Shown in pieces: positions 18,028 to 27,508 of a stretch of DNA of 64,000 nucleotides. How positions within the stretch are numbered: the stretch's first letter is position 1; every line of letters begins with the position of its first letter. The notes beneath the pieces were generated by a model. It was given only the letters and a program-made list of their open reading frames with translations, had not been told where the DNA came from and made no database searches. The DNA is taken from contig OY821645.1 in NCBI GenBank assembly GCA_963682135.1, forward strand, positions 1,312,001 through 1,376,000, read 5' to 3'. The DNA is from Methanothrix sp. (GTDB taxonomy: Archaea > Halobacteriota > Methanosarcinia > Methanotrichales > Methanotrichaceae). Both the position numbers and the translations under genes were made by a program.

Positions 18028-19179
18028 CTAAATGAGCTGCCAGTAGATAAGAGGAGCAAGCGCCAGCAGTGCCAGGCCCGTGGCCAGCCTCATCCCCACT
18101 CTATGGTCCTTGCGGAAGGCGTTCACCTGCTCCGGGCTCATACCCAGAGCAATTGCCCCGCCCAGAATGATGATAGGCAGAATTACCCCCAGATTGAAGA
18201 ATAGGAGATAAGCTGCCCCCTCAAAGTAGCTTCTGGCGGAGAGAAGATCCAGTATCGCGAGGTAAATAGCCCCCACGCAGGGAGCCTTGACCAGGGAGAA
18301 GAGCGCTCCGATAATGAAATACGAGCTGATTCGGCCCTTATCAATCCCGGCCTGGAAATACTTGAGAGCCCAATCTGTGCGAAAAAGGGATGGCCGTCCC
18401 TGTGAGAGCCGCATCGCATCCCAGACCTGAGAGAGGCCGGCCAGCAAGAGAAAAGCAGTCAGAATATAGCGGAAAGAGCTGGAGATCGCCTCAGTCTGCA
18501 GCAATTGCTGCATGCCCAGGCCAAAGAGAAAGTACATGGTAAAGATGCCCAAGGAAAAGAATACAACCATCATTACCAGCTCGCGCCTCTTTCCCGAAGA
18601 GGAGAGAACCGATGCCACCAGGAACACCAGAATTCCCAGCAAGCAGGGATTGAAGCCCGCCACCAGGCCGGCCACCAGGACGGCGGATATGGTGTAAAGT
18701 GATATCTCCTGCAAGTTAAGGCTCGGGCCGTCGGCAGCCGCGCTTAGATTCTGCTCTGTGCTCTCATCGCCGGGCAGGGTGAAGGCCGCTGGAATATCAC
18801 CGGTCTGATTGGCCAGAGCGCCTTTGATGAGGCTTTCCAGCAATACATTATCCTTCTCATAATCCCGATAGTTGATCACCTGCATTCCGATTATGATGGC
18901 AGGAACATCCTTGGCTCGATACTGTTTGATGATACGATGTCCTTGCTCAGAATAATAGTAATAACTGGTTATATTGATTGGCACATCCTGTCCGACTTTA
19001 TCCAATGTTCTCTCTGCGGCTGCGCATTTCGTGCATCCCGGGGACTTGATGAGTATAACTTCAGCAGCATCTTTCCCAGCAACTGCAGAGCCATTGGAAA
19101 GCAGCAGAGCTGCGCTTGCCAGCAAGATGAACGCAAGAAAGAGGCTTACAGCCGCAATACGAGACATGCCAATGCGCAT
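18028..19179 (-). CDS. CcdA/DsbD-type transmembrane protein with N-terminal thioredoxin-like CxxC domain
   Basis: SPGCTKC after an N-terminal hydrophobic segment; TM domain with GFNPC and KAPC. Confidence 0.8.
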   Translation of the reverse strand: MRIGMSRIAAVSLFLAFILLASAALLLSNGSAVAGKDAAEVILIKSPGCTKCAAAERTLDKVGQDVPINITSYYYYSEQGHRIIKQYRAKDVPAIIIGMQVINYRDYEKDNVLLESLIKGALANQTGDIPAAFTLPGDESTEQNLSAAADGPSLNLQEISLYTISAVLVAGLVAGFNPCLLGILVFLVASVLSSSGKRRELVMMVVFFSLGIFTMYFLFGLGMQQLLQTEAISSSFRYILTAFLLLAGLSQVWDAMRLSQGRPSLFRTDWALKYFQAGIDKGRISSYFIIGALFSLVKAPCVGAIYLAILDLLSARSYFEGAAYLLFFNLGVILPIIILGGAIALGMSPEQVNAFRKDHRVGMRLATGLALLALAPLIYWQLI

Positions 19180-19292
19180 AAGCGACCTATGGACGCAAGA
19201 AGTATAAAATCTCCCTGATCAGAAGAACCGAACCTTTGGCAGGGAATTGATCCGCAGTCCCCTGCCAAAAAAAATTCGCCTTTCTCTCGCAT

Positions 19293-19865
19293 TCACTCCG
19301 TTTCATACTTGAGGACAGGCCCATTTCCAGAAGCCCTGCCAGATGCGAATCCCACAGATGCGTCATCCTCAGCCACAATTACTATGGAGTAGCCACACCC
19401 TTCCGTGCAGGTCTCGACGGCTTTCTTGACGAGAGATGTTACATCAAGGGTATAGCTTCCCTCGTTCTCAATATTCAAGGATGGAGAGGAGACCTCCGAA
19501 TCATAATCAGCCTTATCATACCAGGTTGTTGTATCAAGAGTCTCCCCGTGCTTATAGTAAGCTCTGACCTTGCCGGGCCTGTCCACCTGAGAGGCATCAA
19601 GAGTCAGCGTTGCCGCAGCGATCTGCTCCGGTTTAAAGATTCCCTGGCTGCCGAACATATTGATGACGCTTAAATAGACCATTTTTTCTGGTTCGTTGCC
19701 CTGAGAAGCAGCCCCGAGCAAGTCCTCTTTATCAAAGCTCTGGTTGGCATTGTTCGCATCCACATAGGTCTCGACATCCATCTGGGCTGTAAAGCTCCCG
19801 GCGAGGGCAGTTGCAGCCAGAAGCAGGAATATGCCCATAAGTGCATACAAATATCTCAAAGTCAT
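19293..19865 (-). CDS. hypothetical secreted beta-rich protein
   Basis: Signal peptide; ETYVDANNANQSF, AATLTL and LDVTSLVK resemble DNRLRE/disaggregatase-type surface domains. Confidence 0.65.
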   Translation of the reverse strand: MTLRYLYALMGIFLLLAATALAGSFTAQMDVETYVDANNANQSFDKEDLLGAASQGNEPEKMVYLSVINMFGSQGIFKPEQIAAATLTLDASQVDRPGKVRAYYKHGETLDTTTWYDKADYDSEVSSPSLNIENEGSYTLDVTSLVKKAVETCTEGCGYSIVIVAEDDASVGFASGRASGNGPVLKYETE

Positions 19866-19963
19866 TCCTCCACTAGAGAATACCTGGTGATCTAACAAAT
19901 AAAAAGACGTACGTTCATATGGAGCTTATGTAAGCAATCCATTCCCACATGATCCTGGGAATA

Positions 19964-20872
19964 TCAGAGATCCTCTTTCCTAAACGTCCACACCCCTTCA
20001 ATCGTCACCTTCTTCGCTGCCCTTCCCAACTTCGCATCCAGAATCAGCTCGCCTATCTCCTCCTTCATGACCCTGGCAATACCGATGATAGAGGTTGTTG
20101 GCCGGGCGTTCACATCCACGACCCAGGGCCGCTCCCCCAGCACAAAGTCGATTCCCGCGTACCCGGAAAGAGACAGGGCGTCTGCCGCCTTTCTTGCCTC
20201 TGCCCAAATTTCATCGGCGCGAGGCGTGTTGTAGGGCACCTGGCTTCCCTGATAGCTCATGCCATCGCCCTGAAAGTCGATGAGCTGACGGTTGATGGTG
20301 AGCGGCAAAAAGCCGCCACCGCCCACGATGAAGCTGGCGGATAGATGCAGCCCCTCATGGTAGCGAGTGACTATTTCCCCGGGACCTGCCCTGGCAAAAG
20401 AGGTGATGCGCACTCCCTCCGAGCCGCAGCCCGTACGCGGCTTTACTACATAGCGATGGCAGCCCTGCTCCACAGGATCTGGCCTCTCCACTATCTCGGC
20501 CACGGAGACTCCCGCCCGCGCCAGTGCCCGAGTGCAGAGCAGCTTGTCTGCAGCCAGACGGGCGGCATTGGGACTTGACCCCAGATTTAGCATGTTTTTC
20601 TCCAGGATCTGCAAAAGATGCGGCTGCATGCCGTCCGGGGCAATCAATAGTCCGGCGTCCGCTTTGCCGGCCAGGGCGCCTGCAAACTCCTCTTCTCCCT
20701 TCACGTGAACGGGCCGGCCAGCTTCGATGGTGGGCCCGGATGTGGGATAAGCTACCACATGCCCGGCCCTCTGGAAGCTGCCCGCCAGGGTGGCCAGCAT
20801 GGCCCGGCCCTCCAGCTCATGCGTACCGCCCAGGCCAAGAGCAGAGGCATACTCGGCAATAAGAATCTTCAT
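19964..20872 (-). CDS. ATP-grasp protein, tyramine--L-glutamate ligase (MfnD)-like, methanofuran biosynthesis
   Basis: MKILIAEYA, EGRAML, LIAPD, VKPRTGCGSEG, GYAGIDFV and DVNARPTTS. Confidence 0.75.
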   Translation of the reverse strand: MKILIAEYASALGLGGTHELEGRAMLATLAGSFQRAGHVVAYPTSGPTIEAGRPVHVKGEEEFAGALAGKADAGLLIAPDGMQPHLLQILEKNMLNLGSSPNAARLAADKLLCTRALARAGVSVAEIVERPDPVEQGCHRYVVKPRTGCGSEGVRITSFARAGPGEIVTRYHEGLHLSASFIVGGGGFLPLTINRQLIDFQGDGMSYQGSQVPYNTPRADEIWAEARKAADALSLSGYAGIDFVLGERPWVVDVNARPTTSIIGIARVMKEEIGELILDAKLGRAAKKVTIEGVWTFRKEDL

Positions 20873-20983
20873 AGTTAAGTCCTTGAGGAGATGGCACAAA
20901 ACTCCTTTGCCAGCATTCAATCCCAGCTCCTTTGTACCATTAATAGAAACGATTTAGTAATCCCTGAGTGATCTGTTAAAATC

Positions 20984-22267
20984 ATGTTCGGACCTAAATC
21001 TCATCTCACCTCTCGTGACAATCACCTCTTTCTGGAAGATGTGGATTGCTTCGCCCTGGCAGAGCAGCTGGGCACCCCTCTTTATGTCACCTCAGAGAGC
21101 CGCCTGCGCGAGAATATTCACGCCTACCATCGTGCCTTTCCCGACGCGGACAAGTACTTCGCTGTAAAGGCCAATGGCAACCTCACATTGCTGCGCATCG
21201 CCGCTCAGGAAGACATGGGCGCGGACGTCTTCTCAGCAGGAGAGCTTGCCGTTGTGCGTATGGCCGGCATCCCTCGGGAAAAGATCCTCTACAACGGCAA
21301 CTCCAAGAGCGAGAAGGATCACGAGATGGCCATCCAGGCGAAGGTGCGCATGTCCGTAGACTCTCGCGAGGAGCTGGAGCATCTCGCAGAGACCGCGAAG
21401 CGGCTGGGGCAGGAGGCTGAGATCCTCTTCCGGGTCAATCCTGATGTCTCTCCTAAAACCCATCCCAAGATAGCCACCGGCCTTCGCTCTTCCAAGTTCG
21501 GTATCCCTGCTGAACAGGTGGCGCAGACCTACCAGAGGGCCATGAGCCTGGAAGGAGTAAAGCCGGTGGGCCTGCATTGCCACATCGGCTCGCAGATTTT
21601 GGACACAGCCCCCTTCGCCGAGGCAGCGGGAAAGATGATGGACATCGCTGCCGCCGTTGTGGCCGCAGGCGGCAAGGTTGAGCGCATCGACCTGGGCGGC
21701 GGTCTTGGTATCCAGTATCATCCTGACCTGCCCGCGCCTACCCCCGCCGACCTGGCGGCAGCAGTGCTGCCCATTTTCCAGAGCCGCTGCCAGGCCCTGG
21801 GCATAGCCCCCAAGCTCATCCTGGAGCCGGGCCGCAGCATCGTGGCCGATAGCACAGTCATGCTCTCTCGGGTCAATGCCGTCAAAAAGGCTCATGTCAA
21901 TTTTGTGGACATGGATGCCGGCTTCAACGTCCTGGCCAGGCCCATGCTCTACGACTCTTATCATCATGTCGTGGTGGCTAACCGGACCGGCGAGAGCGCA
22001 GCCGAGACCTACACCGTTGTGGGCCCCATCTGCGAGACGGGAGATGTGCTGGCCAAAGACCGGCGACTGCCTTCTCTGGCACGCGGCGACGTTCTGGCCT
22101 TCCTGGATGCCGGAGCCTACGGATTCTCCATGGCTTCCCAGTACAACGGCCAGCCTCGACCGGCTGAGGTGCTGGTTTCCAGGGACAAGGCAGAGGTCAC
22201 CCGGCGCGCCGAGGATGCCAGCGCCCTTCTGGTCGGGCAGAGGATCTTGCCCAGGCTGATGTTCTAG
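20984..22267 (+). CDS. lysA: diaminopimelate decarboxylase
   Basis: FAVKAN, SKFGI, HCHIGSQ, DLGGG, EPGRS, GPICETGD and GAYG. Confidence 0.95.
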   Translation: MFGPKSHLTSRDNHLFLEDVDCFALAEQLGTPLYVTSESRLRENIHAYHRAFPDADKYFAVKANGNLTLLRIAAQEDMGADVFSAGELAVVRMAGIPREKILYNGNSKSEKDHEMAIQAKVRMSVDSREELEHLAETAKRLGQEAEILFRVNPDVSPKTHPKIATGLRSSKFGIPAEQVAQTYQRAMSLEGVKPVGLHCHIGSQILDTAPFAEAAGKMMDIAAAVVAAGGKVERIDLGGGLGIQYHPDLPAPTPADLAAAVLPIFQSRCQALGIAPKLILEPGRSIVADSTVMLSRVNAVKKAHVNFVDMDAGFNVLARPMLYDSYHHVVVANRTGESAAETYTVVGPICETGDVLAKDRRLPSLARGDVLAFLDAGAYGFSMASQYNGQPRPAEVLVSRDKAEVTRRAEDASALLVGQRILPRLMF

Positions 22268-22275
22268 GTGGAAAA

Positions 22276-22851
22276 ATGACGGGCGAGAGGGCAAGTGACC
22301 AAGAAGGCGCTCAAGAAGAGCGGCCAGAAGTCTCACTGGCGCAGGCTGCGGAAGATGTGCAGAGCCAGTTAATGCCTCTGCGCCAGGGCGAGTTTTCAGA
22401 GAAGATCGGCAAGATCTCCGTCTACGTGCAGTCTGCTGCCAAAGCCCGTGATGCCAAGACACTGGCCAATTTTATTCGCTTCGCTCAGTTGAATCTGGAC
22501 GGCGTCCTGGTGGCAGCGCTGGAGGCACTGGTCTTTCGGCCCCGCCTGGCCAGCAGGGCTGACGAGCAGAAGAAAGCCACCGCGCTGCAAAAAACCTTCG
22601 ACCGGCTGGATCGACCCGCGGTGGCCATGCTGGAGCACTATATGAGCAGCTCCGATCCGCTCAACAAGTATCTGGTGGCAGGACCCTGGGGGCATGAGTA
22701 TCTGAAGAAGCGAGGGGTGGGCGTGGAGAAATACGACAGGGAGCTGATCGAGATGCTGGGCTGCGGGGATACAGTGGCAGGAAGAATTGTAAGAAGCTAC
22801 GCCAGCCTGAAGCGATCGATCGATGAGCTGCAAATTCTGGCACGATATTAG
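22276..22851 (+). CDS. conserved hypothetical protein
   Basis: 191-aa ORF 8 bp after lysA, co-oriented, with host-like codon usage. Confidence 0.65.
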   Translation: MTGERASDQEGAQEERPEVSLAQAAEDVQSQLMPLRQGEFSEKIGKISVYVQSAAKARDAKTLANFIRFAQLNLDGVLVAALEALVFRPRLASRADEQKKATALQKTFDRLDRPAVAMLEHYMSSSDPLNKYLVAGPWGHEYLKKRGVGVEKYDRELIEMLGCGDTVAGRIVRSYASLKRSIDELQILARY

Positions 22852-22905
22852 CTGCTACAAAAGGTATTATATTCCAACGATAGATTGATCAACTGATTGG
22901 AGGTG

Positions 22906-23643
22906 ATGTGGCTGCTGGAGATTGAAGATCTGTCGGTAAGCATCGGCAGTAAGCAAGTTCTAAAGGACTTCAACCTAAGAATAAGTCGGGGCGAGACCCA
23001 TGCCCTATTCGGCCCCAATGGGACGGGCAAAACAACTCTCTTGAATGTCATTGCAGGAATTCCCAGATACACCATTGATGGGGGACGCATCGTATTCAAA
23101 GATGAAGATATCACGCACATGTCTATGGACGAAAGGGCACGCCTGGGCATTGGCATGGCCTTTCAGCGCCCACCGGCCATTCGCGGCCTGCGGCTCAAAG
23201 ACCTCATCAAGATCATCAATCCCAAGGCAGACGCACCAGCTATCCTCCGGAAGATGGACTTTGAGGCCTTTGCAGATAGAGATGTCAATCGCGGCTTCTC
23301 GGGGGGCGAGGTAAAGCGCTCCGAGATGGTTCAGCTCCTGGCGCAGCAGCCCGATTTCGTCATGCTGGATGAGCCCGATTCCGGCGTGGATCTGGAGAAT
23401 ATCAAGCTCATCGGCGAGGCCATCAACGTTCTCACGCAAAAGGACCTGCGCCCCAGCCTGAGGACCAAGTCCGGCGTGATCATCACTCACTTCGGCCATA
23501 TTCTGGATTACATGAAAGCGGACCGGGCCCATGTAATGCTGGGCGGATCGATCGTCTGCAGCGGCAATCCGGGAGAGATCCTGGAGCAGATCAAGAAAAG
23601 CGGATATGAGGGGTGTGTAGGATGCAGCACGTGTCCGGTATAG
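22906..23643 (+). CDS. sufC: Fe-S cluster assembly ABC ATPase, SufC/SmsC-like
   Basis: GPNGTGKT, FSGGEVKR, LDEPDSGVD and ITH; C-terminal CVGCSTC. Confidence 0.88.
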   Translation: MWLLEIEDLSVSIGSKQVLKDFNLRISRGETHALFGPNGTGKTTLLNVIAGIPRYTIDGGRIVFKDEDITHMSMDERARLGIGMAFQRPPAIRGLRLKDLIKIINPKADAPAILRKMDFEAFADRDVNRGFSGGEVKRSEMVQLLAQQPDFVMLDEPDSGVDLENIKLIGEAINVLTQKDLRPSLRTKSGVIITHFGHILDYMKADRAHVMLGGSIVCSGNPGEILEQIKKSGYEGCVGCSTCPV

Positions 23644-24842
23644 AGGATAAGGCCAGAAAGGCACGCGGCAAGAAGGCCTTGTACGGCACAGATGTGGACC
23701 TGGAAAGCTATGAGTCTGAGGCCAAACCCCAGGGCATGGTAGCCAGTGCCGAAGATCTGCCAAGTGTTGTCACGAAAGCCGCCCTGGATGTAGGCGTGAA
23801 GCTGGACGGAGAATCCTCAGGCTCTTTCGTTCAGATGGACCAGACACCAGTAATAGCCAAGTCTCTCTACGAAGGCGTGGAGATCATGGATATGGCCTCC
23901 GCCCTGGAGAAGTATGACTTTTTGCAGGATTACTGGTTCAAGCTGGTGGCGGCCGACGCCGATAAGTATACGGCGGACGTCGCAGCAGCGCCACCAGCAG
24001 GCTACTTCATACGTGCCAAGAAGGGCATGAAGACCGTATTTCCAGTCAAGAGTTGCCTGTATCTGGGGTCATCCAACCTCAACCAGCGGGTGCACAATGT
24101 CATCATTGCCGAAGAAGGCTCGGAGCTGCATGTCATCACCGGCTGTACCACACCGGCGCACGTGCAACGCGGCCTGCATATTGGCGTCTCGGAGTTTTAC
24201 ATTCAGAAGAATGCCAAGGTGAGTTTCACCATGGTGCACAGCTGGGGCAAAGAGGTCGAGGTGAGACCGAGAACGGGCATAACCATCGCGGAAGGCGGAT
24301 CTCTCTCTAACAACTACATACTCTTAAAGCCGGTCAAGACCATCCAGACCTTCCCCACAGCCACGCTGGCGGGACGGGGAGCTGTAGCCAGCTTCAACTC
24401 TGTTATCTACTCCACCATGGGCAACATAGACATCGGCAGCAATGTTAACCTCGATGCGGCTGAGACCAGTGCCGAGTCTATCTCCAGAGTGGTCTCCGTA
24501 GGCGGAGAGGTCATTGCCCGGGGAAGAATGACCGGCAGAGTGCCGGGGGCACGAGCCCATCTGGAGTGCGTCGGGCTTCTGCTCTCAGACAAAGGCAGAA
24601 TCTATTCCATACCGGAGCTGGACGGCCAGTGCCGGGATCTGGATATGTCCCATGAGGCGGCAGTAGGCCGCATCTCAGAGGAGGAACTGGAGTATCTCAT
24701 GGCTCGCGGTCTGACCTCAGAGGAGGCGACGAGCGTTATCGTGCGCGGATTTTTGGATGTGGAGATCAAGGGGCTGCCCGAGGACCTCAAGCAGGAGATC
24801 AAGAACATCACTCAAAGAGAGGATCTGAAGGGTGCGCCCTAA
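23622..24842 (+). CDS. sufB: SufB/SufD-family Fe-S assembly protein (SmsB-like)
   Basis: HNVIIAEEGSELHVITGC, HLECVGL and SHEAAVGRI..YLMARGL; overlaps the sufC stop. Confidence 0.88.
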   Translation: MQHVSGIEDKARKARGKKALYGTDVDLESYESEAKPQGMVASAEDLPSVVTKAALDVGVKLDGESSGSFVQMDQTPVIAKSLYEGVEIMDMASALEKYDFLQDYWFKLVAADADKYTADVAAAPPAGYFIRAKKGMKTVFPVKSCLYLGSSNLNQRVHNVIIAEEGSELHVITGCTTPAHVQRGLHIGVSEFYIQKNAKVSFTMVHSWGKEVEVRPRTGITIAEGGSLSNNYILLKPVKTIQTFPTATLAGRGAVASFNSVIYSTMGNIDIGSNVNLDAAETSAESISRVVSVGGEVIARGRMTGRVPGARAHLECVGLLLSDKGRIYSIPELDGQCRDLDMSHEAAVGRISEEELEYLMARGLTSEEATSVIVRGFLDVEIKGLPEDLKQEIKNITQREDLKGAP

Positions 24843-24855
24843 ACCTGGGGCACTC

Positions 24856-24872
24856 AGTTATTCTTTTTTTAG
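24856..24872 (+). terminator. putative archaeal oligo-T terminator after sufB
   Basis: TTATTCTTTTTTT shortly after the stop codon. Confidence 0.4.
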
Positions 24873-24930
24873 TGCCAAGATCCTCTGCTCAGATAACAGA
24901 TGGCCATAGGGAAAGAAGCTGTGTTGGATC

Positions 24931-25797
24931 ATGTTGTCTTTCTCACCTCTTGTGATCGCAGCAAAGCTGCTAAGAAAGGCTTTTGCAGAATGGCTCAAAG
25001 ACGATGCCTCGCTCCTGGCGGCAGCCCTCGCCTACTACGGCCTTTTCTCCTTTGTGCCGCTTGCCATACTAACATTAATATTAATTAACGCATTATTTCA
25101 GCACGGTTTTCTTGATAGTCAGGTAGTAGCCACCTCTCAAGATCTGGTAGGCCAGCAGATGCCAAACGTAGCTGACGATCTGATCGACCAGGCATCCGAT
25201 CAGGCCTCTTCCTTCAGCTTCACTATGCTCAACATTGGTCTCTTAGTATTTGGTGCTGCGGGTCTCTTCGTTCATACCAGGAGAGCCTTTCATATCATCT
25301 GGAGAGTTCCGGACAGAGCTGTCCCGATTATGAATACCATCATCAATTACCTGCACTCATATCTGCTCATCGCCCTGGTCGCCTTTCTGCTGCTGGTCAC
25401 CTCCATCTTCACCGCTCTTCTTATGCCTGCTGCAAAGTTGATAGAAGCGTCTCTGCCCATTCACCTGGGGCTGCTTCGGCTTCTCACCTTCCTGGTCTCC
25501 TTCTCTTTTGTATCAATTCTCTTTGCCGCTTCCTACAAGACCCTGAGCGAGGTGAAGCTGCGGTGGCGAGAGGTGCTTCCCGGCTCGGCTCTGGCAGCAC
25601 TCCTGTTCGCGGCAGGAAACTTTTGCATTGAGACCTATGTGAGCATCGTCAACATCGGTTCGGCCTATGGAGCAGCCGGATCTCTGGTGATCTTTCTCTT
25701 CTGGATCTATTACTCAGCTCAGATCTTCCTATTCGGAGCAGAGGTGATAAAGGTGCAGAAAGAGGCGAAGGAGAAAGAGCAGCTTGCCGAAAATTAG
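24931..25797 (+). CDS. YihY/BrkB-family membrane protein
   Basis: LAAALAYYGLFS..PL, AFHIIW and YGAAGSLVIFLFWIYYSAQIFLFGAE. Confidence 0.88.
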   Translation: MLSFSPLVIAAKLLRKAFAEWLKDDASLLAAALAYYGLFSFVPLAILTLILINALFQHGFLDSQVVATSQDLVGQQMPNVADDLIDQASDQASSFSFTMLNIGLLVFGAAGLFVHTRRAFHIIWRVPDRAVPIMNTIINYLHSYLLIALVAFLLLVTSIFTALLMPAAKLIEASLPIHLGLLRLLTFLVSFSFVSILFAASYKTLSEVKLRWREVLPGSALAALLFAAGNFCIETYVSIVNIGSAYGAAGSLVIFLFWIYYSAQIFLFGAEVIKVQKEAKEKEQLAEN

Positions 25798-25815
25798 AAA
25801 AAAAAGGCGGAGAGA

Positions 25816-26019
25816 TCAGTCGGTTCTCCTCTTTTGCCCGCTTTGCTCGTAGTCCTCTCTTATGGCCCTGGCCATCTCCTCGTCCGCCTCCACAATCAAA
25901 GCGCCCATGTAATCGCAATTCTTGCAGTGGTAGACCTTGCCGGTATAGCCGCCGGCTTCCAGATAGAGTTGCGAACTGCCGCAGACCGGGCAGACCTCAA
26001 GCACTTTTTCGGGCTTCAT
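25816..26019 (-). CDS. small zinc-ribbon protein
   Basis: CPVCGS and YHCKNCDY; likely start is ATG 26019. Confidence 0.75.
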   Translation of the reverse strand: MKPEKVLEVCPVCGSSQLYLEAGGYTGKVYHCKNCDYMGALIVEADEEMARAIREDYEQSGQKRRTD

Positions 26020-26107
26020 GATAATACCATAAATGCATTGAGAAGTTAATTTTTTTGCTAACAACAATGAGAAGATAGATATATCATCGTTTTCACTCCC
26101 TTGGGCC

Positions 26108-27442
26108 ATGGAATTGAAGCTTGATCCCTGGGGTGCAGTTCATGTAGACGATTACAACAAGCTCTTTGTGGAGTTTGGCATATCAAGCTTTGATGATATA
26201 CTTCCACAGCTTTGTGAGCCTCATCAATACATGGCGCGCAAGATCATCTTCGGCCACAGAAACTACGACTCAGTCCTTCGTGCCATGCAAAAGCATGAGC
26301 CTTTTGCCGTCATGAGCGGATTCATGCCCACCGGCAGAGCCCATTTCGGTCACATGATGGTCATGAATGAGATCATCTGGCACCAGCAACAAGGGGGAGA
26401 CGCTTTTGCAGCGGTCGCCGATATGGAAGCGCATGCCGTGCGGGGCATAAGCTGGGAGAAATGCAGAACCCTAGGCATCAATGAGTATATCCTCAGCCTT
26501 ATCGCCCTGGGATTTGAACCGAAAGAGAACAGCCACATCTATTTCCAGTCGGAAAACTACAGGATGAGAAATCTGGCCTTTGAATTGGGCAGAGAGGCCA
26601 ATTTCTCCGAGGTCAGCGCCATCTATGGATTTTCCGGCGAGACCCATATCTCGCACATGGAGAGCGTCATGGCCCAGAGCGCCGACATTCTTCATCCTCA
26701 ATTGTTGGAATTCGGCGGACCCAAGCCGGTGGTCATACCGGTAGGAGCGGATCAGGATCCGCATATCAAGCTCACCCGCGACCTCGCCTACCGCATGAGA
26801 AAGTTTCTGGTGGAGCTGCGAGGCGACTACATCAGCATCCGGGGCAAAGCGGCTGACCAGGAACTGATGCATGCGGCTGAAAAAGTTTTGAAGGAGACGG
26901 GATTGGGACGAGTTAAACGCTACGAGGAGCATATCGATCTCACAGAGATCCAGGACTGCGAAGGCCGCAGCTATGGCGCTCTTCTGGAGGCCGTCGACCG
27001 GCTCATAATAAAGTTGGAAATTGAGCACGGGCATTACGGCTTCATTCCTCCTGCCTCCATCTATCATCGTTTCATGACCGGCCTGACAGGAGGCAAGATG
27101 TCCTCCTCCAAGCCGGAGAGCCATATCGCTCTCACGGAAGATCCCAAGGAGGCAGGCAAGAAGATCATGCGAGCCATCACAGGCGGCAGGCAGAGCCTGG
27201 CTGAGCAAAAGAAGCTGGGGGGCGAGCCGGACAAGTGCTCCATCTACGAGTTCCTGGTCTTCCATCTCTCCCAAGACGACAAAGAACTGCTGGAGCTGGA
27301 CGCCGAATGCCGCTCTGGAAGGCGCATGTGTGGAACCTGCAAGAAGGATGTGGCGGAAAGGATCGAAATATTCCTGCGCGAGCATCAGCAGGCTCGCGAG
27401 GCAGCCAAGGAGAGGCTGCCGGAGTTTGGGATTAAAGAATAG
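26108..27442 (+). CDS. trpS: tryptophan--tRNA ligase (archaeal type)
   Basis: GFMPTGRAHFGH (HIGH), PVGADQDPH and KMSSS; C-terminal four-Cys motif. Confidence 0.95.
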   Translation: MELKLDPWGAVHVDDYNKLFVEFGISSFDDILPQLCEPHQYMARKIIFGHRNYDSVLRAMQKHEPFAVMSGFMPTGRAHFGHMMVMNEIIWHQQQGGDAFAAVADMEAHAVRGISWEKCRTLGINEYILSLIALGFEPKENSHIYFQSENYRMRNLAFELGREANFSEVSAIYGFSGETHISHMESVMAQSADILHPQLLEFGGPKPVVIPVGADQDPHIKLTRDLAYRMRKFLVELRGDYISIRGKAADQELMHAAEKVLKETGLGRVKRYEEHIDLTEIQDCEGRSYGALLEAVDRLIIKLEIEHGHYGFIPPASIYHRFMTGLTGGKMSSSKPESHIALTEDPKEAGKKIMRAITGGRQSLAEQKKLGGEPDKCSIYEFLVFHLSQDDKELLELDAECRSGRRMCGTCKKDVAERIEIFLREHQQAREAAKERLPEFGIKE

Positions 27443-27508
27443 GGCAGAACCACTCAAGGATAAATATATGTAGGATGAAACTCTTTTTAGCATTATTAAT
27501 TTAAGGAG

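Noticed and set aside
21233-22462. 409-aa minus-strand ORF
   Set aside because: It is an antisense shadow of GC-rich lysA.
26471-27493. 340-aa minus-strand ORF
   Set aside because: It is an antisense shadow of trpS.
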